The notes under the pieces are model-generated. The model ran no database searches, was not told where the DNA came from, and saw only the letters and a list, made by a program, of their open reading frames with translations. Below are positions 13,310 through 25,800 of a stretch of 64,000 nucleotides of DNA, in pieces; position 1 is the first letter of the stretch, and every line of letters starts with the position of its first letter. The DNA is from Balanoglossus misakiensis (Eukaryota > Animalia > Hemichordata), in contig CM082579.2 of NCBI GenBank assembly GCA_040954595.2, positions 6,871,625 to 6,935,624 on the forward strand, in the 5' to 3' direction. The translations under genes were made by a program, and so were the position numbers.

Positions 13310-15595
13310 TCAATGGCGACGATGACGACGATGATACTTACCACATGTTTGTTGATCTGTAACACATTCATAGGTATCGCAAATAGTTTGACAGATCTCT
13401 CCTTGGTTGCAAGGTTGACTACTGCATGGGTCGTCTGAAGTCTTCAAAAGAAACATTTGTCACTATGCGATCTCCATGTGTGGATATTGCACTTCAATAT
13501 TCATGATATTGCTTAGTGTTCTGGCCTATTTTCTGGAACCGATCACATTTACGGTTCATGGTGGCCTGACACACGTAATGAGTTTTGCATAATTGAAATT
13601 CCCTACCTCTCCCAGTGTTTTGGCCACTTCGAAGGTCTGTGAATCTTCGTAGAAGACCATGCCCACGCTGTTATCCGCACTACCTCTACTCAACTGGCAC
13701 AGCTGTTGGCTGCTGCTGAAATTGATGGACTGGCAGCGACTGGCCCTGGCACATCTCCGGGCGCAGCTTACGCTCGAGTGACTTGGTACAGAAGCGATGA
13801 CGTTTCCCAGTATTCCGCCGTCGTACCCGCTGTGCATGTACATGGACCGTTTGCACGAAAACATGGAACTACCTGCAGTGTGTATCGCCAAAGAAAAAGC
13901 GGTTTTTTGGAGTTGTTAGCAAAGAAACCACACCCATCCCCCGGTAGCGATGGTTTAATGTATTAATCTCCGTGGACTATAATAGGAGTTTTGCGAAATA
14001 CTTAGAATTAGAGAACTGTTACGTCGTAAATTATTGAGACCAAATCATTTGAAACACACGAGCAGAACTAAGAAGATGGTTCGATACATACCGCACGTAT
14101 CAGTTGATAAGGCAACGGCGTATGTCAAATCGCTCGAGGTGAAATCGTTCCAAGATATGACGTCACCACAGTTCATATCGCCGTAGCAGTCTAGTGATAC
14201 ATCCTAAAAGAACAAAAAAAGTTCAAACTCAAAAAGGCTTAGTTGAAAATACCATTATAATGCCACAGAGAATGTGTTTATATGAAATGTGACTTCATAG
14301 TTTTAAAATAATTTCGTTTTTGTTTATCTAATAAATCAAATTCCCCTGGGTTTCCTGTAAAAAAAATCAATGGTCGTGTAAGTATCGGAATGTCACTCCA
14401 TGCATTATGCTCCAAACGAGGGGTGACCCCCTGATGACGTTGAAACGCATGCAAGTTGCATGAGAAGTACGAGTATAATTTGCAGTAATAAACAACAGTC
14501 ACTCTCTTGCACGTGTCTCTTGTAATGTTGTTCCCGTTTCATGCCAAATATTTAAATTACGTCACGTGTTCACATGACAAGAATGCAGACCTGTACTTCC
14601 ACGGCGCTCAGGACCAGCGACCACACATTGAAAAACGACAAGTCGCCGACGTAGGAGCGGCTTCGTGAGAACCCGCCACCGACGGTTCCCTGCTGCTGCC
14701 CGAGGATCATCACGCCGCCTCCTTGCACGGCCGCTCCCGTCACCAGTCCACTGCCCGTGGACGCAAGTAGTCCGTCGGCGTACAGAGACCAGCCCCCACC
14801 ATCCGACTGCCACGTGGCACACACGTGGTGCCACCTGTCGTCGAAGATGGCAGCGTTCTGGTGTTTCACCGTCTGCGACTTCAGGACGAACACCAAGTCG
14901 CCGTTGTCGCCCCGGAGAGCCATTTCTTCTATCGACGTCGCGGTCGCGTAACTGACGAGTGTACCCCCGCTTCCGGACACTCCCGGGCTCTTCATCCAAA
15001 CACAGACCGCTAAAGCGACCATGCTCGGCACAGGTTTGGGGACAGACACGTAACTCCAGGCGCAGGAGCTGTCAAGTCTGAATTTCTTCGTCGCGAACGC
15101 CCCGCTTCCCTGACACGCTGCACTTTCTGTGTGAAATAAGAATCGAAAACACTGTCATCTTTGAAGTGATCAGTAGAAGAAAGAAAAACTCCAATAGTTT
15201 GAATCTTTCTAAATGTTACATAGAACTGCTAAATCAATGTTTCATTGAATATAAAAATCACACCGGAATTGACAATGAGCATGCAGTGTTTCAAATGTAA
15301 AATAATTAAAAACGGTTGGGCCTCGAACACATAATGTATCACTCGTTCTCGTTCGCCATCATGAATCACCAATGGAAAAGTGTCCTTGTAGATGATACTG
15401 CAGTTCCGTCGATAAAATCTCAACAAATAGTCAAAATAACGAAAACTTTCGTTCGCGCCATCAGTTAACTTATCGGCTCAGTCGCCATATTTCAATTTCC
15501 ACAGTAAAGTCCAACTTACCAGAAACGTCAAACGAAAGCATGGTCCACATAGTCACCATGGTCGCCAACGCCAGCAACTTGGTGAGTATTTCCAT
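10106..15595 (-). CDS. Secreted mosaic protein B: signal peptide, pentraxin, PAN/apple, EGF-like, 7 CCP/Sushi, fibrinogen C-terminal (FReD) domain; about 982 aa, 13 exons
   Basis: Exons (minus): 15520-15595 (SP MEILTKLLALATMVTMWTMLSFDVS), 14591-15126 and 14092-14203 (pentraxin, HHVCATWQS), 13607-13872 (PAN), 13342-13441 (EGF-like), CCP exons 12915-13079, 12615-12779, 12315-12479, 12015-12179, 11715-11879, 11442-11612, 10983-11162, and FReD exon 10106-10788 (CDMTTDGGGWTVIQNR, FGRDWQGYKEGFG, YWIGND, FSTRDRDN, GWWY, MKIR). 2949 nt in frame; the first five exons match gene A in order and phase. Confidence 0.9.
10853..10958. repeat. (TG)n(TCTG)n compound microsatellite, last intron of gene B
   Basis: Read directly. 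Confidence 0.9.
11674..13090. repeat. Tandem array with an exact 300-bp period (165-nt CCP exon plus 135-nt intron), five exon copies
   Basis: The lines at 11701, 12001, 12301, 12601 and 12901 are near-identical (xaatatacacttaccaaagcatacagg...), and the intron sequence is as similar as the exon sequence. Confidence 0.97.
13238..13306. repeat. (GACA)n microsatellite, gene B intron
   Basis: Read directly. Confidence 0.95.
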
Positions 15596-16802
15596 TTTGA
15601 AAAAAAAAATTCCCGCTGAAAACCCGCGCAGAGATGTATCGGTAAGAACGTACAGCTGGTTGTTTAAGTTAGTCACGGTAAACTGTGTGTCTGTTTATAT
15701 ACGACTGCATATTGAATTTAACGGCATTTGATTTTGTGTTTCCTTGGTGGCAACATTGAAAAGGCGTAAATCGATTTCACGTCTTTTTTTCCCTTTCGCA
15801 CGATTTCCTGGATAGACTTGTATATCGTGTGCGTGTTGATTTGGGAGTTAATTCTAAAATACATTGATCGGGTTTCGATCGGATACGATGTTTCTCAGAA
15901 CTTGTTTTTATTTTGACACGCAGCGTTATGACAATCTGTTCGCCATACATGCATATATTAGGTTGGTGACAATGGCCAGAGTCACTCCGCTTTCCAGTAT
16001 ACCGGTTATTGCAACCCGGTCTGTAAATTGATTTCTCGTCACACTTATTGAAACTTCCTTCTCTTCTGAAAATCTATATCTAATACCCGCTCATCCACTA
16101 GTATTTTCGTCTACGCGCATTTACTTTTTGATGAGTTATGCATGGCAAAATTGTTAGAAAAAAGCGAAATGGCAGTATTTCTGATGTATATGTGGCTACC
16201 TGCCCACCACTACATGTTATATAGCAGAAACATGTGAGAAATGTACATTTTCCTGCAATCGGTTGCCGAAACCACGTGATTGACCGTGACACCTGTGTCA
16301 CGACCATACCTGCCCAGTGTTGATGAAGGGTGACCCGTTAATTGTCCCAAAGAGGGAACTTACACTGAATAAAATAACAGCACTACTCAGGCTGTGTACA
16401 GTTCCGCCAATTTTGCGGTTGACGCGCGCGAGACTTTCTTGTGGGCGATGTTAATAATCTCTGCCTGCTTTTAAACCGTAATTTATGATATACTGCTGGT
16501 TCATACTGTTACCCGGCGGAACACCACAGTTGTCATGAGATATTGAGTCCTCAAGCCTATCATTCACTACTCGGACAAAGACGTCTTTGATATGCAAATA
16601 ATCGTTAACGCATTTTCAGTGTCAACTGGCATGACCCCAAGCATTCAAACATGCCTTCGCAGAGACTATGCAAGATGGACACGGGAGATCGAATCCAGCC
16701 ACCCATGTACCCAGCAAACGGCACTACGTGCGGCCGAAAGCCGCGTCGACGCAGAGAACACTACCCCTAGCGGTGGCGAGCGACCCGCGCGGCCGCGACA
16801 CA

Positions 16803-19800
16803 ATGGGCTGCGGGGCGAGCGGATCTGGGCCCGACAAACGTGCGTTGAGAATGACGAGGTAGGTACGGACTGCCCGGGTTCGGCAATGACCGCCGGCCAT
16901 CGGCGCTGAGCAACACGCACTGTTACCGTCACGTATACGCTTGGAAATGTCCCGTGCTTGCAAAGTCGGGGCATGGAGATATTTTGACGATTCAATTGAA
17001 ATGTTCTTGGCAAAGAAACGGTTGATGGCGATCCCGCAACAAGAAAGTTTTAACTGACAACTGGTAGAACGCATACATTTCTAATATAACTGCGCCAACC
17101 TAGCCTATAGGTTAGTCAGTATGGGGGCAGTGGTACTCCGTCCTTCAATGGAAAACGTCACACTGTTCGACATAAGCGTTTTATTGCACTACTAAATCAT
17201 GTCATAGTGTCTGTCTATAGCCACAACCACAGAGAGATCCCATAACACTAGTGCAGTGCGCTGGCGATATCGATCACAGTCCTGTGTATATCGATCTAGA
17301 GCAGTCGCACGTTCCGAGCTCCAAGATGCCAACTGCAGTGTTTTATTATGGATTTCCGTTTAGAAGACGAGGCTCAAAGTCGCTCCATTTCTTTAAGCGA
17401 AAAATCAATTAAATGTTTAGAAACTTTTCAGCCGATTGATATTTAAGGAGCGTGAAGGCGACGCAGGCGAAAAGGACACTAACCATCGTGAACCCATTGG
17501 GTTAGCTCCATGGTTAGAAAAACCCCGGTAGCATAAAAACGGCCGATGACGTTCTTGTCTGATACTCCCCCAAAGGAGCACCCCTCCCCTCATAACCCGT
17601 TAAATTTGGTCGGCGTTCATTAATTTTACCGTTATATTTTCTGGAAACGTGGTTGCTTTTTAGAATCCGCGTTTATTTTATTGCAGAGTACGCTCAAAAC
17701 TTCAAATGAAACATTTGGGTTATTTCTCATTATGTTGCCGCCATGCCACTAACGTGATCATTGCTAAGCTACTGTGAGATTTAATTAATTTGTTTCCTGA
17801 TTGTGTGGTGACACTAGTCACCTGGCGACTCGCACACGAGAAAAGTTTGTGGTCGCGCCGCCAATCCGTCGTCCAGGCAGCTGGTAAAGGTGTGATAAAC
17901 AGAGTGGCCAGTTATGCAATAAACAATTGCATCGATTTATTGCATTGTTCGTGACTTGTTGAAACGAGCGCATTACCACCAAGCTGCAGAGTTGTTACAG
18001 AATAAAGTGATTTGTGGAATATCCATATTTGATTGATTTGTGATAGTTAATCGATCATTGGTTTTAGCTTTGGTGACCACCGCGTTTCACGTTTCTACTC
18101 CAATCCAGGGACAGGCGAGAAGAATTGCTGCGTGGACATATTGACGCTTACAAAATACCGCGCCAAAACCTGATTCGGATCTTCGTCTGTTCCACATTTG
18201 AAGGTAATATATTGGCAGATTTTATAGTTAGCGGCGAGACATGGCTGCTGACCTAAATGGGAACGCGTCAGACCCGTATGAAAGGAAGTTTTTTGGAAAA
18301 TCCCGTTTACCTATAAAACGAAACAACAAGCTCCTATATAGGAGTGTGACCCCCTGCTTTCATTAACACCTACCAGAATTCCGATATGTGTTTCGATCGT
18401 GCAAGGACGGTGATCTTCATGTATATGTATGTAAAGCAATGATATTAAACTACATGTATAAGGCTTTGAGACTTTTTTTATATTTTTTTAATACAAATTC
18501 ACAAAAAAGTACATTCCACCGAACTTGCTTTCGCAGATCTCGAATTTGAGAGAAATGCCTTGGCGGAAAGAGTATACCCCAAACTTCGAGCCTTCTGTCG
18601 TGAACGAGGGTGCGAGTTTCAAGCGGTTGATTTGAAATGTGGTCTCGGCAGAGACGCGTACGAAGGCATGTCGACCGCAGAAGTCGTAGCAGAAATTCAG
18701 CGTTGCCAAAATCTATCAGTCGGTCCCAAGTTCATAGTAAGTGTGCGAACCATGTGATGTATTCATTTGTCCGTGTGTGAAATTTGTAATATAAGGTCGA
18801 CATCAATTGTAAGGTCTTAATGGTTTGCGCCATTTTGTAGGTTCTTCTTTCGGAGAAACTGGGTGAGAGGACAGTGCCAAAAACCATGACAGAAGAGAAT
18901 TTTGAACAACTCAAAGCAAGTGTGGTTACCGAAGACCAAGAACTTCTCTGCTGGTAAGCCCTTTAAAATTGCATCTTATGGTTCTCTGAGGTTTGGTAAC
19001 CGTATAGTCAGGCTACGAGCTATACGAGAAAATACTATACACATTCAATTTCCAATCTACATTTTTCAATCACAGCGATCCAGACATAACAGCATAATAA
19101 TCTTCTTTTCGAAGGTGTTACAAGCTTGACAAGAACGCTATACCGCCGGTATACGTACTGCAGGTTGAAGTTGGTGGTTGCGGCAAACTGACCCCGGAGG
19201 AACGAGAACACGGACCAAGCCTGGATACTCAGAACAAACAACTCACGTGGCTGCGACTGAAAGCGGTTCTGCTGGCGGCCATGAGGAAATACCGGGCGCT
19301 CTTACAGCTGTCACCTTTAGGTAATACTATCAAATACAATCAGTCGGTGCATAAAAGTCCAGAAAAGTTCAGCGTCTGATAAAAAATAATTTCTTTAAAT
19401 CGGGTTAGACCGACCTACACTAGATAAAAGGAGTTGGCGACATTTTGCGTCTGATTAACCGCATGCCGGTTTCCATTAACAGACTCGGAAATTCTCCAAT
19501 GCGTGCAGGATGACCAAGGCATGTGGTGTCATCGCGCCATCGAGTTCGAAGCTCAACCACCACCGCCACCACCTGCGCCCACCGTGACGAGGAGGTGGCC
19601 AGACAATGCCCTCAGGGCCAAGCCAAGGGCTACCATGGCCAATCTGTCCAAGTTCATCGACACCGGAGAAGAGAAGGAAATCTTAGAGACGTTTAAGAGA
19701 GAACACATGCAGGGTGGTCGACTGGATCCCATGAATGTATTGAGATACAGGGTCGCGTGGCACAGTGAATACGGTAATAGGGCTTTCTATTGCATTTCGC

Positions 19801-22800
19801 GCATTCGTTGTTTTCGTTCTTTCTTTCCATGACAGTCAGTCAGGTAGTCAGTCAGTTAGTCAGTCAATTTGCTTGTTTATTCGTCCGTCCGTTCGTTCGT
19901 CCGTTTGCTTAATCTGTATTCCTCCAAATTTCCCCCCAGTTATAAAAGTACCTTTCAATTCTAACAGAAAAGATTACAATAAGACAAAACCATGGCCGTT
20001 TATTTCAAATAGTATCATCAATATATCTTGCATAAGTCAGCCGTGGGGTTTCTTGTCAAAACACCAGTCAAATGAGTCGTTCACACGCACACCCTGGGGG
20101 CTGTTTGTCGTGTTTTACTGGTATTTTCATCCGAGGGATTATAACAAACGTTACACAAGAACCTTGCTGTAGTTTATGAATTCAATACTTTTTAATTGCC
20201 GGGAAAGTACCCTGGATTTGCGATAACTCGCTGCCAAACTATCGATTATTATTCTTGCAGATTTAATGCCGCTTTGTGATTACAGCCGTATAATCGATGG
20301 TGGAAATTTCCGTCTTACTCTTGTTCTCAATGTGTCCGCATTCTCTCGTCAAACAGGTATCGACCCAACCAGAGTACAGGTACATGCGGACTATATCGAC
20401 CTCATGTGTTCACAGATCCAGGACAGACTCAAAAATATGGTTCTGGGGGAAGGTATCGATCAACGACGCACCGGGAAAAACATGGCGTCGACATTGACCA
20501 ATGAAGTGGGGCATCACGTAGGAATTTGTAAAGAACTCTCCAGGAGGTTCATTGGACGAGAAGATTTGCTGAAGGTAAATTGGGGTCATGACCTCATACG
20601 GGGCGCTAGCATCCCAGCTCGGATAAATGGAAAGTTAACTAACGAAATCCTGAGCTTCAATCTTCTCGCGGACTTTTCACCACGGAGAATGCATCGTTCA
20701 CTTTTGGGCACGAGGCAGATATGAGTTGGCTCGGTTTTTTCATTTGCTGTTCTTTTTTTACGGGGAGGGACAGGACAGAAAATAACCAGGCAAATGTGTA
20801 AAGACCCAGCCAACTCTACGTCTGATTTTAACCACTGACTCCATTCGAAACATTTCTCCACAGACCGTCGAAATTTATGTCTCGGGCAACAAGAGGACCC
20901 CACTGGTCATCCACGGCGCCGGCGGCGTCGGCAAGTCATCGCTGATCGCCATGGTGACCAGGCGCGTTCGAAAATGGCTCCCCAGCAAAGCGGATGCCGT
21001 GGTCGTCGTTCGATTCCTTGGCACCTCTCCAGAAAGCAGCTCTCTGCGGAAACTTTTGTTGTCGCTCAGCTCGCAGATCAGCCAAGCGTACGGACTGGGA
21101 GACCAAATCTCACAGGTCAGTTTACAAAGCTCATTCGGTGTAAAAAGGTCTTGATTTCACAGCACGTTTCGATTGCTGACCTCTGGTCCCGAGTGCAAAA
21201 TATATTCACATGAGCCTAGACTCACTACCATGACTGATTATACACTGCAACACTAGAGCAGAGACAAATTGAAGGAAGTCTTACCGTCAGTTAGAAATGT
21301 CAAATACAGACATTTATGTCCACCAATCTCATAACCATCGCCTATTCTATTTCAACGTCAGTACCTTTTCAATTCTAACTTGTATAAAGTGAATGTGTAT
21401 TCATTGTATGTGGATGGACCGTACTTTGTCGTAGACAGGGCTAGAATCACTGATTTAAAAACAAGAATTAACTGTATTTATGTTTTACAAATATAATTGA
21501 TGAACCTCAAAACTTTTTTCATCGTTATTGTTCCCATCTCCGCAGAAACTGAATGATCTGGTTAGACTCTTTCCCCGACTCTTGAAAAACGCCAGCGAGC
21601 AGCGCCCGCTTGTTATCTGCCTCGACGCGCTGTGCCAACTGAAGACGCACAGTTCAGCGCGTCGGTTGTCATGGTTGCCGGCTCAGCTGCCCAACCACGT
21701 GAAAATATTTGTCAGCACGTCAGTTGGGGACTCTAACAACACCATAGCCGACTTAAAGGTCAGTTTTCTTTTGAAAGTCCATTGAGGGCCTAAGGAGACA
21801 TGTATGTTGGTTTACAATGAAAGCTTGTGCTGCTTTCATAATCAAGTAACACACACGCATTTCTGTTCTCTGTCGTCTCGAAGAAGGGCACCCCTTTTTT
21901 ACCCGCCGATCGGACATCAACTTTGCAGCTCAAAGAAAGGACAATTAGTCTTAACTAAATAGCCGATGACACCGGCTGTACAGAGGTATCGCTCAGGAAA
22001 ATCAAACATGTCTTTTTCCGCCACTCGACCATGTCTATATCCCTAACTTTATTTCAGTTCTCCTGACTTTTCCGGATTCTCGACCATGTTACGCGGGTAA
22101 TTGACTACAATTTACAGTGGCGATTTCATTTAAAGGGAAAAACCTTACAAGCTTGGCTTGGTAAAGTTCTGCAGACTGCCAATTATTTCTGGATGCTGTG
22201 TGTTTGCCCGGGAAATATTCCACCTCCGTGTTATTTCATCTTTTTGTTTATTAAAAACTAAAGGAACTAATAAATGACACGTCGTCGGTGGTAGAAGTTC
22301 CCCGTCTCGCGGAGCGCGAGATTGTCGAATTGACGAGAAGTTGGCTTGCCGAGAGGAAACGAACTTTGACCTTACGGCAGTGGGGAGTCCTCCTGACGGC
22401 GTGCAAGAGATTCCCACAGCCTCTGTATGTGAAGTTGGCGACCCACGAAGCCACACGGTGGAAATCGTTCAGCGCGATGCAAGAGACGTGGCTTGAGATG
22501 ACAGTCAAAGGTGTCGTCAACGCCATATTCGACAGGTTGGAATGTACATACGGTGCTGTCTTGGTTGGTCACACTCTTGGCTACCTTAGCGTTGGTGAGC
22601 AGCATTTTTTTACTTCTAGTGATTACAGCATTGTATTGTATTGTATTGTATTGTATTGTATTGCATTGCATTGCATTGCATTGCATTGCATTGCATTGCA
22701 TTGTATTGTATTTTATTGCCAGGAAAGATGCGTTTCTGTCCAAAATGACATTCTTCCGTGTTGTGTCTATCACAGCCAGGTATGGATTGACTGAAAACGA

Positions 22801-25800
22801 GCTGGAAGACATTCTCTCACTGGACGACGACGTTCTGAATGAAATCTACCAAGACTGCATCCCGCCTGTTCGCCGTGTACCAACGTTGCTATGGACACGC
22901 ATCTGCCACGAACTGGAGCCGTATTTGACGGAGCACGCTCTAGGGGGCGCTCACACGAAGACCTGGTGTGGCGGACAACTCAGACAAATGGTGGATAACC
23001 GCTACCTCAGCTGTCCGGACAAGAAGCGGATTTTGCATTCCAACATTGCGGATTATTTCCTAGGCGTGTGGGCTAACGGTAAGCTTTGATATGATCCGTG
23101 TCAGTTTATAATCTGGGGAAATGACAAGAGATTTCAAGGGTTATCGCTTCGTAAGAGTAATCATCTACCAGTATACACTATCTTGTGTGTACCACAGGTA
23201 TCAAGAAGCCGTTTGTGACCAGCGACGAAAGGTTTGGCAAAAAGGATCGCATGGTGGCGTCCCAACCGCTGGTGTTCTTCGATGAACGACCGAACACGAG
23301 GAAACTGACCGAGCTACTGTACCACTTACTCGAAAGCGATCGGCTCGGTACGATGAAGGTCAAGGCTCTCTGCAACTACGAGTGGCTCGTGGCCAAGATG
23401 GAGGTCACCTCGTTCAGGTATTTTAGTCAGACTCGGAACATGGGCGATTGGATTGCAAATCCAAAGTAAATCAGTTACTGTACGAAATCGGAAATGAATT
23501 TTACAGCAGTCATAATTTCCCAGTAGTTCAATCGTCACTTTTGAAATAGATTTCGTCTGTTGTTTTGTGTTTTGACGCACAGATTTGGTTTGATATAAGC
23601 TCAGGTTTTGATCCGAAGTACAATGTATCCATTGACCCACAGCGAAGTTCTCGAAGACTTTCAGATGGCTTTGCACAAGTACCCGGATGACGATCAGCTG
23701 AGAACACTGGCAGAAACCCTCTTGCTTTCCCAGGATGCCTTGCAACAGGACGCCCATCACTTGGCGTCACAGCTCGTGGCAAGAATAACAAAGGTAAATG
23801 CAAATCTGTGTTAGTGGCCACTTTATTGCATTCCCTGTGCAATTTACACGTATGTAAATTGACCTGCCCATAGAGGTCACCTGTCTATAAAGGCCAGTAT
23901 AGGAAACCGTTATCGTGCCGGGTATTCTATTTTCTATATTTTTCCATTTAATTTTCCAGATCGAAGGTGTTGAGGAACTCATCAAGCAAGCTCGCTGGCC
24001 CAGGAACCCCGCGCTCATCCCTTCTTTGCCATTTCTCACACCCCCTGGAAGTCAAATGGTACATTCCTTGACGGGACACAATGCGAGTTTAACAACTATT
24101 GATATGACGCAAGATGGAAAATACTTGGCGACGGGTGAGATATTTATGTCCTTATTATGCAACACACTTTATGACACTTCTTGCAACAAATACCAGTACA
24201 TGTAGTTGCGTCAAACATGACGTCATCCTCCTTCATCCCTACCAGGTTCTCTGGATGGTTGCATCAACGTGTGGGGAGTTGAAGACGGCGTGTTGCAGGC
24301 ATCAGTCGAGATTCCGGGCAAAGCCATAAGGAAACTTAAATACGCCAATGCCGACAGGTTACTTGTCGTTTCCTATCCAGAAAATATATCCATACTCGAC
24401 GCGGAAACGCTGGTCACTCTCCACATGCTGAGTTTGCGAGGCCTCGGTGGAAGAGCGCCACCATTTGCACTCGGGGGAAAGGCTCGAAAACTGGCCGTGA
24501 TCGTTCGCTCGGGGAAACTCGTCGTGTTCGACACCGCGAGAGGCACGGTCATGTCGGAAATTAAGGACGGCCTGCTGCAGCGGTCTTGCGAGGACGCAAA
24601 GGTCGACGCCCGCAACGATCTCGCTGCTTTCTTCAACCCAGCGGGCAGGAAGCAAATCGTGAAGCTTGTCAACGTCGTCGGCAAGGCGACGGTGAAATCA
24701 ATCAAAGTGACATTTCGCGAACGGGGTGACGCCAACGTCATCGCAGAGGTGGTGGTGACGTCATCACGATCGGTCATCGTGATTAGTCAAAACTTCAACG
24801 AAGTCATCGTGTATGACGGCAACTCTCTTAGGCTTGTGAGGAGGCTCTGTGGGCAGCGGGAATATCTGCAACACCAGACGCCCATATACCGTTTCACCTG
24901 CGATGACGAGAATCTCGTATTTCCCGCGAGAGACTCCATCGCCGTTCTGGACATCGCCGACGATGACGACGATAACTTGAAATGGTACGGACTGCAACAC
25001 CCGGTATGCGTCACGGGCGTCGTTTCCATGGACATGAAGACGCTGGCAACCATAGCGACGGATAATGTGATACGAGTCTGGGACCTATCCAGAGAGGAGG
25101 AGGCATCGGTGCTTATCAGAAATAACTGGGAGAGCTACAAGATTATGTCAAAGATGGATGCATATAACAGGGAGGGAACTGCCAGCGCCGATACGGACGC
25201 AAACAGTGGGGAAGATTCCGCCAGCATCTTGACCAGCAGAGACGTGCAGCTGGACGACCTGGTCTCCCCTCCTTCCTCCGCCCAAAGTCTCATAGAAGAC
25301 ATCCAGGTACTGTCAGACGGTTTGTTTTACACGGAGTATTCGCTGCACCCCGGCGAGAGACCGCGAGAAACCATCCAGCAGATTGAGCCGATCCCCGGCA
25401 TCTCCCACGTCCTCGTCAAATCCAAGAAAGAAGACCAGTACTTCATCACAATATGGAACCTGGCCACGCTGCAACCGGTGAGGAGGTCCATCCTTTATCG
25501 GTCAAGGCATCAGAACAAGATGTTTGAAGATACTCGATTGGTGCCAGTCGACGGGACGTTGATGGTCGTTATGATAGAGAACAGAATTCTTCTGGTCGAC
25601 TTCGTCGAGTGTTCGGTTCTTCGAGTCGTGGATGGCCACTTCGCAAACGAGAACATTGCCCTTGTCAACAGGAGGCACAGCTTAGCAGCGATTGCAGGAG
25701 CGAGAGACTCGGTAACCGTGCACGACGTCAAATCTGGCAAGACGGCACAACTCGGCTCAGGCGACAGCTCCGTGATATCGAGGATCGCATCCCAGGGTGA

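Noticed and set aside
4311-15595. A single giant gene joining mosaic proteins B and A
   Set aside because: B ends at a stop after the normal FReD terminus (MKIRA*, 10106), and A has its own ATG and signal-peptide exon at 8838-8937.
15604-15615. NF-kB-like sites near gene B, in an NWD intron (20201) and at 48871
   Set aside because: Imperfect 10-mers are expected by chance in 64 kb and are not enough to claim immune regulation.
23862-23905. Possible transposon-end fragments (ACCTGTCTATAAAGGCCA here; also about 39335-39400 and 61021-61140)
   Set aside because: One-sided, with no matching inverted end or target-site duplication; they cannot be supported without a repeat library.
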